The notes under the pieces: model-generated | Told to the model about the DNA's origin: nothing | The model's input: only the letters and a program-made list of their open reading frames with translations | Database searches by the model: none | Shown: positions 1-10,560 of the stretch, in pieces | Numbering within the stretch: the stretch's first letter is position 1 | Layout: each line of letters begins with the position of its first letter | Position numbers and translations under genes: made by a program | NCBI RefSeq assembly: GCF_001194135.2 | Contig: NC_068984.1 | Location: 53,667,678 to 53,701,050 of the forward strand | Source of the DNA: Octopus bimaculoides | Taxonomy: Eukaryota | Length of the DNA: 33,373 nt | Reading direction: 5' to 3'

Positions 1-400
1 ATATATATATATATATATATACATACATACGCATACATACATATATACAAAACTCGGCAAAAAAATGTATGCACACTTAAAGAATGGAAAAATCTATATA
101 AATGTTCAACTTGTATAAGTACCCCTATAAGTATAAATGCCTCTTCCGATATTTTTTTTATCTAATTGCAATAACACTGAATTAAAATATTCATGCGAAT
201 TTTTCTTTTCCTAAAGTGTGTACACATTCTTTGGTAGACTTTGTATATATTTATATATGCGTGTGCGTATGTGTATGTGAGTGTTGTGTGTCTGTGTGTA
301 CATATGTATGTATATGTACACACACACACACATACACACACCTACACACCCACGCACCCACACTCACACACCCACACCCACACCCACACACGTGTATATA
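1..400. repeat. Compound microsatellites: (AT)n/(ATAC)n at 1-48 and (TG)n/(CA)n mix at ~240-400
   Basis: Seen directly; explains ORFs 216..416 and 241..486. Confidence 0.95.
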
Positions 401-997
401 TAATATCCTTTACTAAGCGAGGAGTTGAATCAACAGTTTTGTATATTCCCTTCAGTAGCTCCCTGCAGAAGATAATTATCATCTGACACTACTTTTAATT
501 TTGTATTTTTCGCAAATTATGCACCTAATTTGAGCCATTTTGAGATTTGAGAATTTCTCTACTCAGAGTTTGGCGATGATCCTACCCAACAACAGCATTT
601 TAAAATTATAGGTATTCCACAGCAACCACTACGACCTCTATGTAGCCTATATATGTTTCTAATGTTTGTTGAAAGAGAAGAACCGTTGAGTTTCTATTTC
701 TCACAATAATTAAACTTCCAATTTGAAGAACTGAGATATATTTACTCAGAAATTCTAGTAAATTATACTTACTTCTCATCTTGCATATGGGAATGCTCTA
801 AATCTCTCTCACATATATAAGTGTTCATGAATATACATGTATATCAGGTTAAGTTATTTATTTATCTATTTTTTCGCATTTCAAGCTTTAATTAATAGTT
901 CAAGCAAATTACCGACGAAAGGCGTTTATTTATCAGGATATCCTCCGTCGTATTCTATTTGTCTGTTGCCATCGTTGTGTCAGAAGCTCAATTCTAT

Positions 998-1277
998 GTC
1001 TATATATATATATATATATATACATATATATANNNNNNNNNNNNNNNNNNNNNNNNNNNNNNNNNNNNNNNNNNNNNNNNNNNNNNNNNNNNNNNNNNNN
1101 NNNNNNNNNNNNNNNNNNNNNNNNNNNNNNNNNNNNNNNNNNNNNNNNNNNNNNNNNNNNNNNNNNNNNNNNNNNNNNNNNNNNNNNNNNNNNNNNNNNN
1201 NNNNNNNNNNNNNNNNNNNNNNNNNNNNNNNNNNNNNNNNNNNNNNNNNNNNNNNNNNNNNNNNNNATATATATATT
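998..1277. repeat. (AT)n microsatellite spanning assembly gap (N 1033-1266)
   Basis: Seen directly. Confidence 0.95.
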
Positions 1278-1279
1278 TA

Positions 1280-2319
1280 AAGGGTGCATAAGATATTTGA
1301 GGACAGATTTATGTTTATAAAAAAGGACATATATAATAACGGATAACTTTATTTATCGAAAAATGCTATGGTAGCTTTCAAAGAATCTTTGGTGTTATGG
1401 GCGTGTTCATTGACCTCTCTCTCAACAACACTCCACATGTAATAGTCCAATAGATTGAGATCTGGGGAATTAGGAGGCCAAATGTTAGAGGTTATGTTAT
1501 GAAAATGTTCAACCATTCATTCTTGTGTTACTAGAGCCATGTGTGATAGTGCAATGTCTTACTGAAACACAAATGCCTTTCCATTGCATACACTGTCTAT
1601 CCAAGGCTTAACAGTAATTTCCAGGACCTCAATGTAGGCAGCAGAATTAACTCTAGGACCTTGTGGAAAGACGTAAGGAAGCATCACATGTCCTTCATTG
1701 TTGACAACTCCTAAAACCACAACAGTTGCAGGAAATTTCGTATGCATAACACTTGGAACTTTAGAAGGGTCTGCATATAACCATCTGTCATTTCTTCTGT
1801 TAGCTTTTTGATCTTGGTCGAAGTTTTTCTGCTGGATTTTTCCGTTTGTTTAAGAACCGTTTAGATCTGATGTAGTGATTTTCTTTTGCTTTTTCTGACA
1901 AATTGGCCTTTCCTCATCATATAAGACTTATATCTGATGTTTTTGTAGACAACATTTCTGACTGTTCCTTCTGACACATGGAGAACTCTTGCAATTGACC
2001 TCATGGACTTTCTTGGATTTTTAATCAATGGTCTATCGAACTTGCTGAATAAATTCAGGTGTTCTAATTTTAGAGCGTTTAGAATGCTTTTTATGCTTTG
2101 ATACTGGTGATACGTTTCCATCTTCAGTCTTTAGCTCCTTACAAACTTTGTAGACGAAAGATCTGGAAACTTTTAAAATTTGAGATATTTCTAAATCGCT
2201 ATGCTCAGCCTTTATTAGGGTCTACCATTATCATTTTCTGAAACAAAGATTATACAGAGTTAGCAAAAAATGCAGCAATGACCCCAAAAAGGCATGTCCT
2301 CAAATACCTTACGCATCCT

Positions 2320-2320
<1 letters not shown>
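1280..2320 (-). mobile_element. Tc1/mariner DD37D (maT-like) transposon, internally deleted and non-autonomous, both ends present
   Basis: 26-bp TIRs 1280-1305 (aagggtgcataagatatttgaggaca) and 2295-2320 match at 22/26; TA at 1278-79 and 2321-22. Minus-strand transposase pieces: PRKSMRSIARVLHVSEGTVRNVV (HTH), NFDQDQKANRRNDRW, HTKFPATVVVLGVVNNEGHVM...KPWIDSVCNGKAFVFQ, WPPNSPDLNLLDYY (1454-1480 region). Stops and frameshifts present. Confidence 0.9.
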
Positions 2321-2321
<1 letters not shown>

Positions 2322-2359
<38 letters not shown>

Positions 2360-2883
2360 NNNNNNNNNNNNNNNNNNNNNNNNNNNNNNNNNNNNNNNNN
2401 NNNNNNNNNNNNNNNNNNNNNNNNNNNNNNNNNNNNNNNNNNNNNNNNNNNNNNNNNNNNNNNNNNNNNNNNNNNNNNNNNNNNNNNNNNNNNNNNNNNN
2501 NNNNNNNNNNNNNNNNNNNNNNNNNNNNNNNNNNNNNNNNNNNNNNNNNNNNNNNNNNNNNNNNNNNNNNNNNNNNNNNNNNNNNNNNNNNNNNNNNNNN
2601 NNNNNNNNNNNNNNNNNNNNNNNNNNNNNNNNNNNNNNNNNNNNNNNNNNNNNNNNNNNNNNNNNNNNNNNNNNNNNNNNNNNNNNNNNNNNNNNNNNNN
2701 NNNNNNNNNNNNNNNNNNNNNNNNNNNNNNNNNNNNNNNNNNNNNNNNNNNNNNNNNNNNNNNNNNNNNNNNNNNNNNNNNNNNNNNNNNNNNNNNNNNN
2801 NNNNNNNNNNNNNNNNNNNNNNNNNNNNNNNNNNNNNNNNNNNNNNNNNNNNNNNNNNNNNNNNNNNNNNNNNNNNNNNNNNN

Positions 2884-2942
<59 letters not shown>
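2322..2942. repeat. (CA)n microsatellite spanning gap (N 2360-2883)
   Basis: Seen directly. Confidence 0.95.
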
Positions 2943-2944
<2 letters not shown>

Positions 2945-2946
<2 letters not shown>

Positions 2947-3060
2947 AATACAGCTTGTGCAAAACCAAAACTGAACGTATCAACTACATTATTGCCAACT
3001 GCAAAAGAATATTGTTACACACCGCTGGTCATAATGCACTTTGCATTGAGTTAGTTTTCG
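2945..3060 (+). mobile_element. Short R4/Dong-type LINE fragment (degenerate CCHC knuckle region)
   Basis: Translates as YSLCKTKTERINYIIANCKRI, resembling the CRLC...ETINHIIAGC motif of RLE-type LINEs. Confidence 0.45.
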
Positions 3061-3134
3061 AATGATGCCACCTCACTAGTTATTGGGGCAGACCAATATT
3101 ACTCCTAAACGGAAAGTCAGTCTGTTGCAGGTTT

Positions 3135-3246
3135 ATCCATTTAGTGCTGAGCAGATTTGAGCAAATGAAATGAAGTGTTTGCTGAAGAGCACAACGTACA
3201 GTCGATCTGGGAATTGAAACCACGAAATTGCGATCGTGAATGCAAC
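3135..3246 (-). mobile_element. Degenerate tRNA-derived SINE head (family C, as 14307-14561)
   Basis: tgagcaaatgaaatgaagtgtttgctgaagagcacaac...gggaattgaaaccac aligns by eye with 14445-14530. Confidence 0.7.
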
Positions 3247-3247
3247 A

Positions 3248-4056
3248 TGTATGTATGTATGTATGTATGTATGTATGTATGTATATATGTATGTATGTAG
3301 GTAGGTAGCTAGATAGGTAGCTAGGTAGGTAGGTAAGTAAATAGGTAGATAGGTAGGTAGGTAGGTAAGTAAATAGGTAGATAGGTAGGTAGGTAGGTAG
3401 GTAGGTAGGTAAGTAAATAGGTAGATAGGTAGGTAGGTAGGTAGGTAGGTAGGTAAGTAAGTAAATAAGTAGATAGGTAGGTAGGTAGGNNNNNNNNNNN
3501 NNNNNNNNNNNNNNNNNNNNNNNNNNNNNNNNNNNNNNNNNNNNNNNNNNNNNNNNNNNNNNNNNNNNNNNNNNNNNNNNNNNNNNNNNNNNNNNNNNNN
3601 NNNNNNNNNNNNNNNNNNNNNNNNNNNNNNNNNNNNNNNNNNNNNNNNNNNNNNNNNNNNNNNNNNNNNNNNNNNNNNNNNNNNNNNNNNNNNNNNNNNN
3701 NNNNNNNNNNNNNNNNNNNNNNNNNNNNNNNNNNNNNNNNNNNNNNNNNNNNNNNNNNNNNNNNNNNNNNNNNNNNNNNNNNNNNNNNNNNNNNNNNNNN
3801 NNNNNNNNNNNNNNNNNNNNNNNNNNNNNNNNAGGTAGGTAGGTAGGTAGGTAGGTAAGTAAATAGGTAGGTAGGTAGGTAGGTAGGTAGGTAGGTAGGT
3901 AGGTAGGTAGGTAAGTAAATAGGTAGGTAGGTAGGTAGGTAGGTAGGTAAGTAAATAGGTATAAGTAAATAGGTAGGTAGATAGGTAGATAGGTAGGTAG
4001 GTAGGTAGGTAAGTAAGTAAATAGGTAGGTAGATAGGTAGGTAGGTAGGTAGGTAG
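3248..4056. repeat. (ATGT)n followed by a long (AGGT)n tetranucleotide array with recurring aagtaaat variants; gap N 3490-3832
   Basis: Seen directly; explains the LPTY-repeat ORFs. Confidence 0.95.
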
Positions 4057-4284
4057 GAGGAAACCGTAAGAAACAACTGTCATGATTTTACTTGCCAGAA
4101 AATATAAAGGCGAGCGTTTTTACAATTTATCACGTTTATTCGAGGGTGCGTTGGTGTAAAATGGAAATGAAACTTTATGCAGTTCAATGTTCAGTTAATG
4201 ATTTCTATATCTCTTTTCTTATATACACAGGAAGCTATAAATAATAGGTAAGATCACAGCAGGATTCATTTTTACAAATCCCGA

Positions 4285-4440
4285 GTTAATCAAAGAAACC
4301 TCTATGTGATCGTTCGACTAGAAATAGCAGTCCAATCTCTCTAAAATCACAATCTTCCGTCTTAAAATGGGAAGGAAGCACTGGGTAAAGTATTCTTAAA
4401 TAGCCCTTTGTATGTGGGTTGGTCACAGCTTTTATCTACT
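4285..4440 (+). mobile_element. Probable interspersed-repeat fragment (SINE/RTE-like 3' region)
   Basis: ctagaaatagcagtccaatctctctaaaatcacaatcttccgtcttaaaa resembles an abundant octopus repeat as I recall it; not verified by search. Confidence 0.35.
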
Positions 4441-4459
4441 TAAAAAAGGGTTTACAGGT

Positions 4460-4648
4460 TGCTAATCATCATTATCAGCAGCAATAGCAGTAGCATAACA
4501 GTTATCATCATCATTAGCAACAACAAGAACACCAATAGCAATCTTTATGCATACATCTTACACATTAACACTGGTACACGGGTTGATTATCAGTGTAACG
4601 ATCTACGTGGTATTCTATGCTGTACTTTATTTTTTTTCTCTCTCTCTT

Positions 4649-4701
<53 letters not shown>

Positions 4702-4760
4702 CTCTGTCTTTCTGTCTGTCTTCCTCTTTCTCTCTTTCTCTCTTGCTCTGTGTCTCTGTA
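4460..4760. repeat. (ATC/AGC)n low-complexity tract and (CT)n microsatellite
   Basis: Seen directly. Confidence 0.9.
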
Positions 4761-4879
4761 TATACAAGGTGTTCGGACTAAATTTGACGATTTTCTTGTT
4801 CTTTTCTTCTCTGGAATAGTTTGATGTATTGGTGAACAGTCAACCGTGTTGGCAAGCCTAAATATTATAGCCGCAGTAG

Positions 4880-5610
4880 AGAAAAAGTTAGCTGACATGG
4901 AGGGCTGGAAACCATGTGAATATTGGAAAAGAGTTACTTCACCCTGGATATCAAAATGCCGACTTCATGACTTCGAATGCCACCACCGGCGGCAACTCAT
5001 CGTAACGAAACTGTACCACTGTCACATCTATCCTTTCCCCCAAACAGCTCCTTCAATCTTTCTCCTCTTTCTCTTTCCAGCAGAACAGCTATCGTCCCTT
5101 CATTGTACTCCATGGGCGCCAATTTAATCCTAATTACGTTCTCCATCTTTGCAATCTTTTTTTCTATCTCTACACTTTTTGTGTATTGTACCATTGTTCT
5201 TAGATTTTTCCCTTTTGGTGTCACTCTCTGTTTTCTTTCACCAATCTCTTCTTCTGTTACTTATATTCCTATCTCTGTATGTCTCCCATTCTCTCTTTCA
5301 TTTTCCTTTTTCTTCTGTACTCTCTCCTCCTTGCTAGATGATGGTAACGGTCTCTGCGTTCACTCCTCACTTACATTTGTTGACCTTTAATTTTTTTCTC
5401 TGCTCGTTCGTTTATTCATGTTTTCCACTCTGCGTCTCCTCTCCACTTGTCTTTCTCTTCTTCCTACGACTCTTTGGTGGTGAGTCTGAGTTACTTTTCT
5501 TCCTCTTTACCACTGTATACTGTTCTTCCATTTTTTCCTCCTCTACGATCAAACTCTCTTCTTCTTGATGTTCCCTCTCTATCTCCTCCTCTTCGTGTTC
5601 TAGGGACACT
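4880..5610 (-). pseudogene. Possible decayed non-LTR retrotransposon ORF1 (gag-like)
   Basis: Minus-strand segments TKSVEIEKKIAKMENVIRIK...GTIAVLLE and VQFRYDELPPVVAFEV plus a charged low-complexity N-terminal part resemble L1/Tx1-type ORF1; no intact knuckle. Confidence 0.3.
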
Positions 5611-5728
5611 TAGCTTTCATGTGTCCCCTTCCTCCACATAGATAGCACACGGTGGGGGTCTTCCTTCCACCACAATTCTCAACCTCGTCTCGTCCGGTAT
5701 TGCCAATTCTTCTGCAATTTTATGGAGG

Positions 5729-5905
5729 GAGACTGCGGTCAAGTCTTAGCTGGAGTGAATTGCTGCTGGAAAGCCATATGTATGGGCGCAAAATTCGGCT
5801 CTATATCATACCTCCGGAGTCAGAAGTGGTTATCGGAGAATTTCTATGACATGACATTACCAACCCAAATTTCCAGCCTCCTAATTCCCACGATTGTAAT
5901 CTTAT
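5729..5905 (+). mobile_element. DD37D/maT-type mariner transposase fragment
   Basis: ETAVKS*LE*IAAGKPYVWAQNSALYHTS / SQKWLSENFYD / PNFQPPNSHDCNLM, a degenerate form of KPW...PYVWQQDSAPCH...WLSENF...WPPNSPDCNP. Confidence 0.75.
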
Positions 5906-5914
5906 GTGAAGGGC

Positions 5915-5917
<3 letters not shown>

Positions 5918-5947
<30 letters not shown>

Positions 5948-6382
5948 NNNNNNNNNNNNNNNNNNNNNNNNNNNNNNNNNNNNNNNNNNNNNNNNNNNNN
6001 NNNNNNNNNNNNNNNNNNNNNNNNNNNNNNNNNNNNNNNNNNNNNNNNNNNNNNNNNNNNNNNNNNNNNNNNNNNNNNNNNNNNNNNNNNNNNNNNNNNN
6101 NNNNNNNNNNNNNNNNNNNNNNNNNNNNNNNNNNNNNNNNNNNNNNNNNNNNNNNNNNNNNNNNNNNNNNNNNNNNNNNNNNNNNNNNNNNNNNNNNNNN
6201 NNNNNNNNNNNNNNNNNNNNNNNNNNNNNNNNNNNNNNNNNNNNNNNNNNNNNNNNNNNNNNNNNNNNNNNNNNNNNNNNNNNNNNNNNNNNNNNNNNNN
6301 NNNNNNNNNNNNNNNNNNNNNNNNNNNNNNNNNNNNNNNNNNNNNNNNNNNNNNNNNNNNNNNNNNNNNNNNNNNNNNNNNN
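5918..6382. repeat. (AT)n microsatellite followed by gap (N 5948-6382)
   Basis: Seen directly. Confidence 0.95.
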
Positions 6383-6426
6383 CTGTTGCTTTTAGCCCCA
6401 GGAGGACATGGGGCTAAAAGCAACAG
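6383..6426. repeat. Perfect 18-bp inverted repeat with 8-nt loop
   Basis: ctgttgcttttagcccca (6383-6400) / tggggctaaaagcaacag (6409-6426). Confidence 0.95.
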
Positions 6427-6519
6427 TAACATCCACCCCTAGGGGTCAGCCACACTTAAGTGGCAATATACTACACTTTATCGTGCAGTTACTGTTAATA
6501 CTTCATTTAGAGAATTAAC

Positions 6520-6632
6520 ATATACATATATATATATATATACACATACATACATACATACATACATACATACATACACATAAATGCATATACACACAAA
6601 CACAAACACACACGCGCGCGCGCGCACACACG
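6520..6632. repeat. Compound (AT)n-(ATAC)n-(CA)n-(CG)n microsatellite
   Basis: Seen directly. Confidence 0.9.
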
Positions 6633-7779
6633 AACGCATATTTAAATATCGCCTGCAAAAAACCGAAATACGTTTCTTTTAAACATTAGAATTTTTCATT
6701 AAAGAGTCTTGTGTAAGGCCAAAATAATTTGAGAAGAGATAAAATAACTGCAAAAAGGTAAGAAAACAAAACAAAGTCGTAGTTTTACGTTATATTATTA
6801 TAGTTCGTGGTTATGACCCTCTTCCTCAGGACATGAGGAAAAGCGAGGGATGGGAAAAGGTCGTTGCTCACACATCTGAGCATATGTAGGGTGTCTGGGA
6901 TAAAGTCGACAGTTTGAATTAAAAGAAAAGAAAATACAATATCACACACTGCTTCACCAAAACTACCCCAGTTTAATTAGAATATTTTTAGTATTGTTTC
7001 CAGAGTGCAAAGTTTCCATGTAATATATCAAATATTTCACCTACAATAGAAATGTCAACCATATAAATGTTAAAGTATAAATACACAACCCCGTCGATTA
7101 TTGTGTTTGTATATGCAGGAAAATTTTTCGTTATGCTTTATTGAAGTTCTTTGCAGAGTTCAAGCCGACAACTCATAAAGTTGATTCTTGAACCAAAAAG
7201 TTACAGGGGTTTGTGAATATGGGAGATAGGATGTGTGTATATCTTGCATTGATATAATAGGTATGCATACCTCTTTTGTTCACGATGTGCGTGTTCTTGA
7301 TTATTCGTTATGTCTATGTTTGCCACATACAAAGAGGCGTGCATGCGTAGTTTCCAAGACACTGAAATGAAGAATCTTTGGAATGTTTTATGAATATTCA
7401 TTGTGCCACTAATCCGTTGGATTTGAAGGCAGAAAGTCAGCTTACTTTATTCTTGCTTCAAAAACCTGTATTCCTAGAATGCAGTATAATGTACCTGTAT
7501 TAAATAAGTACATATCGAAATCTGTCGTTATGTATATGTGCACGTATGCATGAATGTGTTGGTGTATGTGTGTGTGGAGAAACTTGTACACATGTTGTGG
7601 GTGTGCATGTCAATTTAGTACACAAATGCGTGTGCTTCATTACTGTTTATGTGTGTGTATTTTCTCTGTGTGTGTAATCCATGACTAAAATGTTATTGTG
7701 TGCATATGTTCACTCTGGAACTCAAATATAAAATCTCTGGAATCTTTTACAAATTTTCACGGTACCATTTATCGATTAT

Positions 7780-8065
7780 ATTTGAAGAATGCGAATCAGC
7801 TTGATTTGTTCCTTCCTGAAGAATCCCTGCATTTCTAGGCGTTTATGCAAATCTCTTCTTACACAATCCAGTGTACCTATGATCACCCGATCCAATGTTC
7901 CTATAACACAATCCTGGTACAAATGATCGTCTATAGCCTAGATGTAAGAGGTGTAAATTTCTCTATTACTCCTCTATAGATGTTCTCTTTTCCTAAATTT
8001 TTGACGAGACATTAACATCGGCTAATCAGCTGATCACGACATCAGTGCATCAATAACCATTTCTT
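7780..8065 (-). mobile_element. R4/Dong-type LINE 3' fragment (restriction-like endonuclease C-terminus)
   Basis: Minus strand gives DVVIS*LADVNVSSKI*EK and VIGTLDRVIIGTLDCVRRDLHKRLE...IRIL, resembling PDIVV...VIGALG...RIL of RLE LINEs. Confidence 0.5.
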
Positions 8066-8386
8066 AGGTTGTTAGCCAATTGATACAATTCGAACAAGAC
8101 ACAAAGTTCGTTAAACATTTTTGGCGATTGGGATGCAGAAAAAGAAACTATATGGGATGTATGATTAAAATTAGCTACTAGCTCAGAACAATGAAAAGCA
8201 TAGGCCTGTTTATTGTAAAATAAAACACTGGTAAACTAAGATGAAAAGTGAAAGGAGACAACGTAGCACTATATAACAGTGCAACATGTACGTCCCAGAA
8301 CACAAAATAACATGTTTGGATGATGTTATAAACAACTAATGGAGTGTAGACAAATACATTTGCTTATATGACGAGAAGGTAGCATA

Positions 8387-8428
8387 TTTGCCCTCAATCC
8401 TTTCGAGATCGAAAAATAAAGTACTAGT
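8387..8428 (+). mobile_element. Short SINE family A core fragment
   Basis: tttgccctcaatcctttcgagatcgaaaaataaagtactagt resembles the family core (tttcatcctttcggggtcgataaaataagtaccagt). Confidence 0.5.
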
Positions 8429-8919
8429 CTTCTAAAGCGGTTGATTCTTCTTTTTCATTCTCTTCTTCACCGTTTCCCTGTCTCTCTCCATTTCTCATCC
8501 TATCTCTATCTCTGTCTCTGTTTCTCTTTTCCTTGGAGAAATCGGCTATGCTTAGGTCTACAGAGGTTTGGGCTCCGTCAGACCCTAAAATTGGTGAACT
8601 TCCTCCACTGCTTTTTTCGTTCCGATTTTCCACAACATTCACAGACCAGATGTGACACTTCGTGACTTCCAATGTGCAAGAACCGTTGTTATATTCTTCC
8701 TACCAGCCCTTCTGACCAGTGCTGGGATTGTGTTTTGGCCAATATCTGTTGTATGAAACAATTGGTAAAATCGCCTAAGTACTGTGCGTATATATGTATA
8801 ATTACTAATTATGAATAATTATTTTTCCCACTTGACTGGCAGTTGCAGTTGGCAATTCTCACCATTTTAGTGTTTCTCCGTATATTTATCACTGAATCTT
8901 TACTTCCACTCTTCGACTC

Positions 8920-8923
<4 letters not shown>

Positions 8924-8984
<61 letters not shown>

Positions 8985-9225
8985 ATATAATATAATATAA
9001 TATAATATAATATAAATATAATATAATATAATATAATATAATATTATATTATATCATATTATAGGAAAAATCAAAACCAATGCAGAACGAGTATCTCAAG
9101 TCATTTAGAATAATTTAATTAGACTTCAAATTAAATTAGATTATTCTTAATGACTTGAGATACTCGTTGTGACTTGGCTTTGATTTTTTCCAATAATATA
9201 ATATAATATAATATAATATAATATA
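8924..9225. repeat. (CA)n then (TATAA)n arrays flanking a ~130-bp fold-back element at 9064-9191
   Basis: Arms ggaaaaatcaaaaccaa..aacgagtatctcaagtcatttagaataat (9064-9120) and attattcttaatgacttgagatactcgtt..ttggctttgattttttcc (9129-9191) are imperfect reverse complements. Confidence 0.85.
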
Positions 9226-9387
9226 TACCTGCTATAACGGAACCCTAACACGGATCCCTAGATCCAGCCTTAGCAGTAATCTTGGGACCTAAAGGTGGAC
9301 CTACTATAGCACTTATCCAGCATGCCTATTCGTTTAGAACACAAGTGAACTAAACCCATCATGTCATATTATATATATATATGTATC

Positions 9388-10073
9388 ATAAATAATGATG
9401 ATATTATTGATAAATAATAATAATATAGGTGACAGTTAGCAAAAAAAAAAAGAAAAGGCAAATATCTAAATAAGGGTACTAGATAGCACCAGTTTTGCTA
9501 GATATAGGAGTCAAAATCGACTGAATTAACCACAAACTCTGAATGTTAACAAGCTGACGAAATTGGGGAAGCGAGAAAAAATAGTCAACATACCAAGGCG
9601 ATGGAGAATCGAAAATGAGAATGCAGATATACCAACATCAAGTGATTTTGATCTCCGAGATATTCCTCTAAGATCTCATCAACGGGTCTTGCTGCTTGGG
9701 GCTAAACTACTACTCACCTTGTACAAGCATGCTAAAACAGTTAAGAGGCTAGCTTCAAATTCAAACGGTAGTAGTATATGATTATAAATAATGATATTAT
9801 AATTAATAAATAATAATAATATAGGTGACTAGTTAGCAAAAAAAAAAAGCAAATATATAAATAAGGGTACTAGATTTTTATAATTATACACTACTACCGT
9901 TTGAATTTGACGCTAGCCTCTCGACGGTTTTGACATGCTTGTACAAGGCGAGTAGCAGTTTTTCCCCAATCAGTAGGGCCCACTGAGGAGATCTAAGAGG
10001 AATATCTTAGAGATCGAAATCACTTGATATGGGTATATCTGCTTTCTCACTTACGGTTGTCCATCGCCTTGGT
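9388..10073. repeat. Interleaved direct repeat (9388-9484 / 9784-9875) and 184-bp inverted repeat (9592-9775 / 9890-10073)
   Basis: Hand alignment of the inverted arms: gap-free, about 28 mismatches in 184 (~85%). The direct repeat shares ataaataat..ataggtgac..gttagcA(n)..gcaaatat.taaataagggtactagat. Confidence 0.9.
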
Positions 10074-10074
10074 T

Positions 10075-10560
10075 CCAACGAGTCGTTGGAACTGTGGGGC
10101 TGCCCGTCGGTTTCTTCCCGCTGACAACTCCATAAATGCAGTAATCAGGGGTCTGGAATAAAGAAACCACAGAAGGCTGAAGGGAATCATGTAGTTATAT
10201 AGGTCACCGGGGTCTTGTCGGACATATACTGCTTTTTCTTCAACGTATAAAATTTTTACTTGATATCTCGTGCACACGTGTCTGATAGTGGGCTGCGACA
10301 CTGAGGTGCCCAGCAATGAACCTCATCGACTTGCACGGGTTGTTAATGTTATTCTAGATTTGCTCAACAAACTCAGCTGTCCTGACAACATCTGGTTATT
10401 AAGAGCGTTTCTTTCTTTTGGTCATAGGTGACACAACTCTGCTAGAGGCCACCAACTCTTTTTCAGAGTCTGCGCACGAACGACAATGTCATGTTTAAGA
10501 AGCTGGTGATTTTTCTGCGTCACTGTAGTTGGCTTGTCTCATCATTTTTCGTGTCAGATA
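10075..10560 (-). mobile_element. DD37D/maT-type mariner remnant with a large internal deletion
   Basis: Minus strand: N-terminal VSPMTKRKKRS**PDVVRTAEFVEQI*NNINNPCKSMRFIAGHLSV joined at ~10200 to C-terminal DYCIYGVV..EETDGQPHSSNDSL. Confidence 0.7.

Noticed and set aside
892-1000. NYRRKAFIYQDILRRILFVCCHRC, resembling a GPCR helix-8 tail
   Set aside because: In-frame stop just upstream, runs into (AT)n, and no transmembrane exons were found.
4763-4795. TA-caaggtgttcgg mariner-like TIR start
   Set aside because: No matching opposite end was found.
6885-6915. tagggtgtctgggataaagtcgacag Tc1-like TIR start
   Set aside because: Unpaired and no transposase similarity follows.
8424-8672. 82-aa charged ORF (MEVTKCH...RDRDRD...)
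   Set aside because: TTG start, in-frame stop close upstream, composition driven by a (GA)-rich tract, and its end overlaps a SINE fragment.
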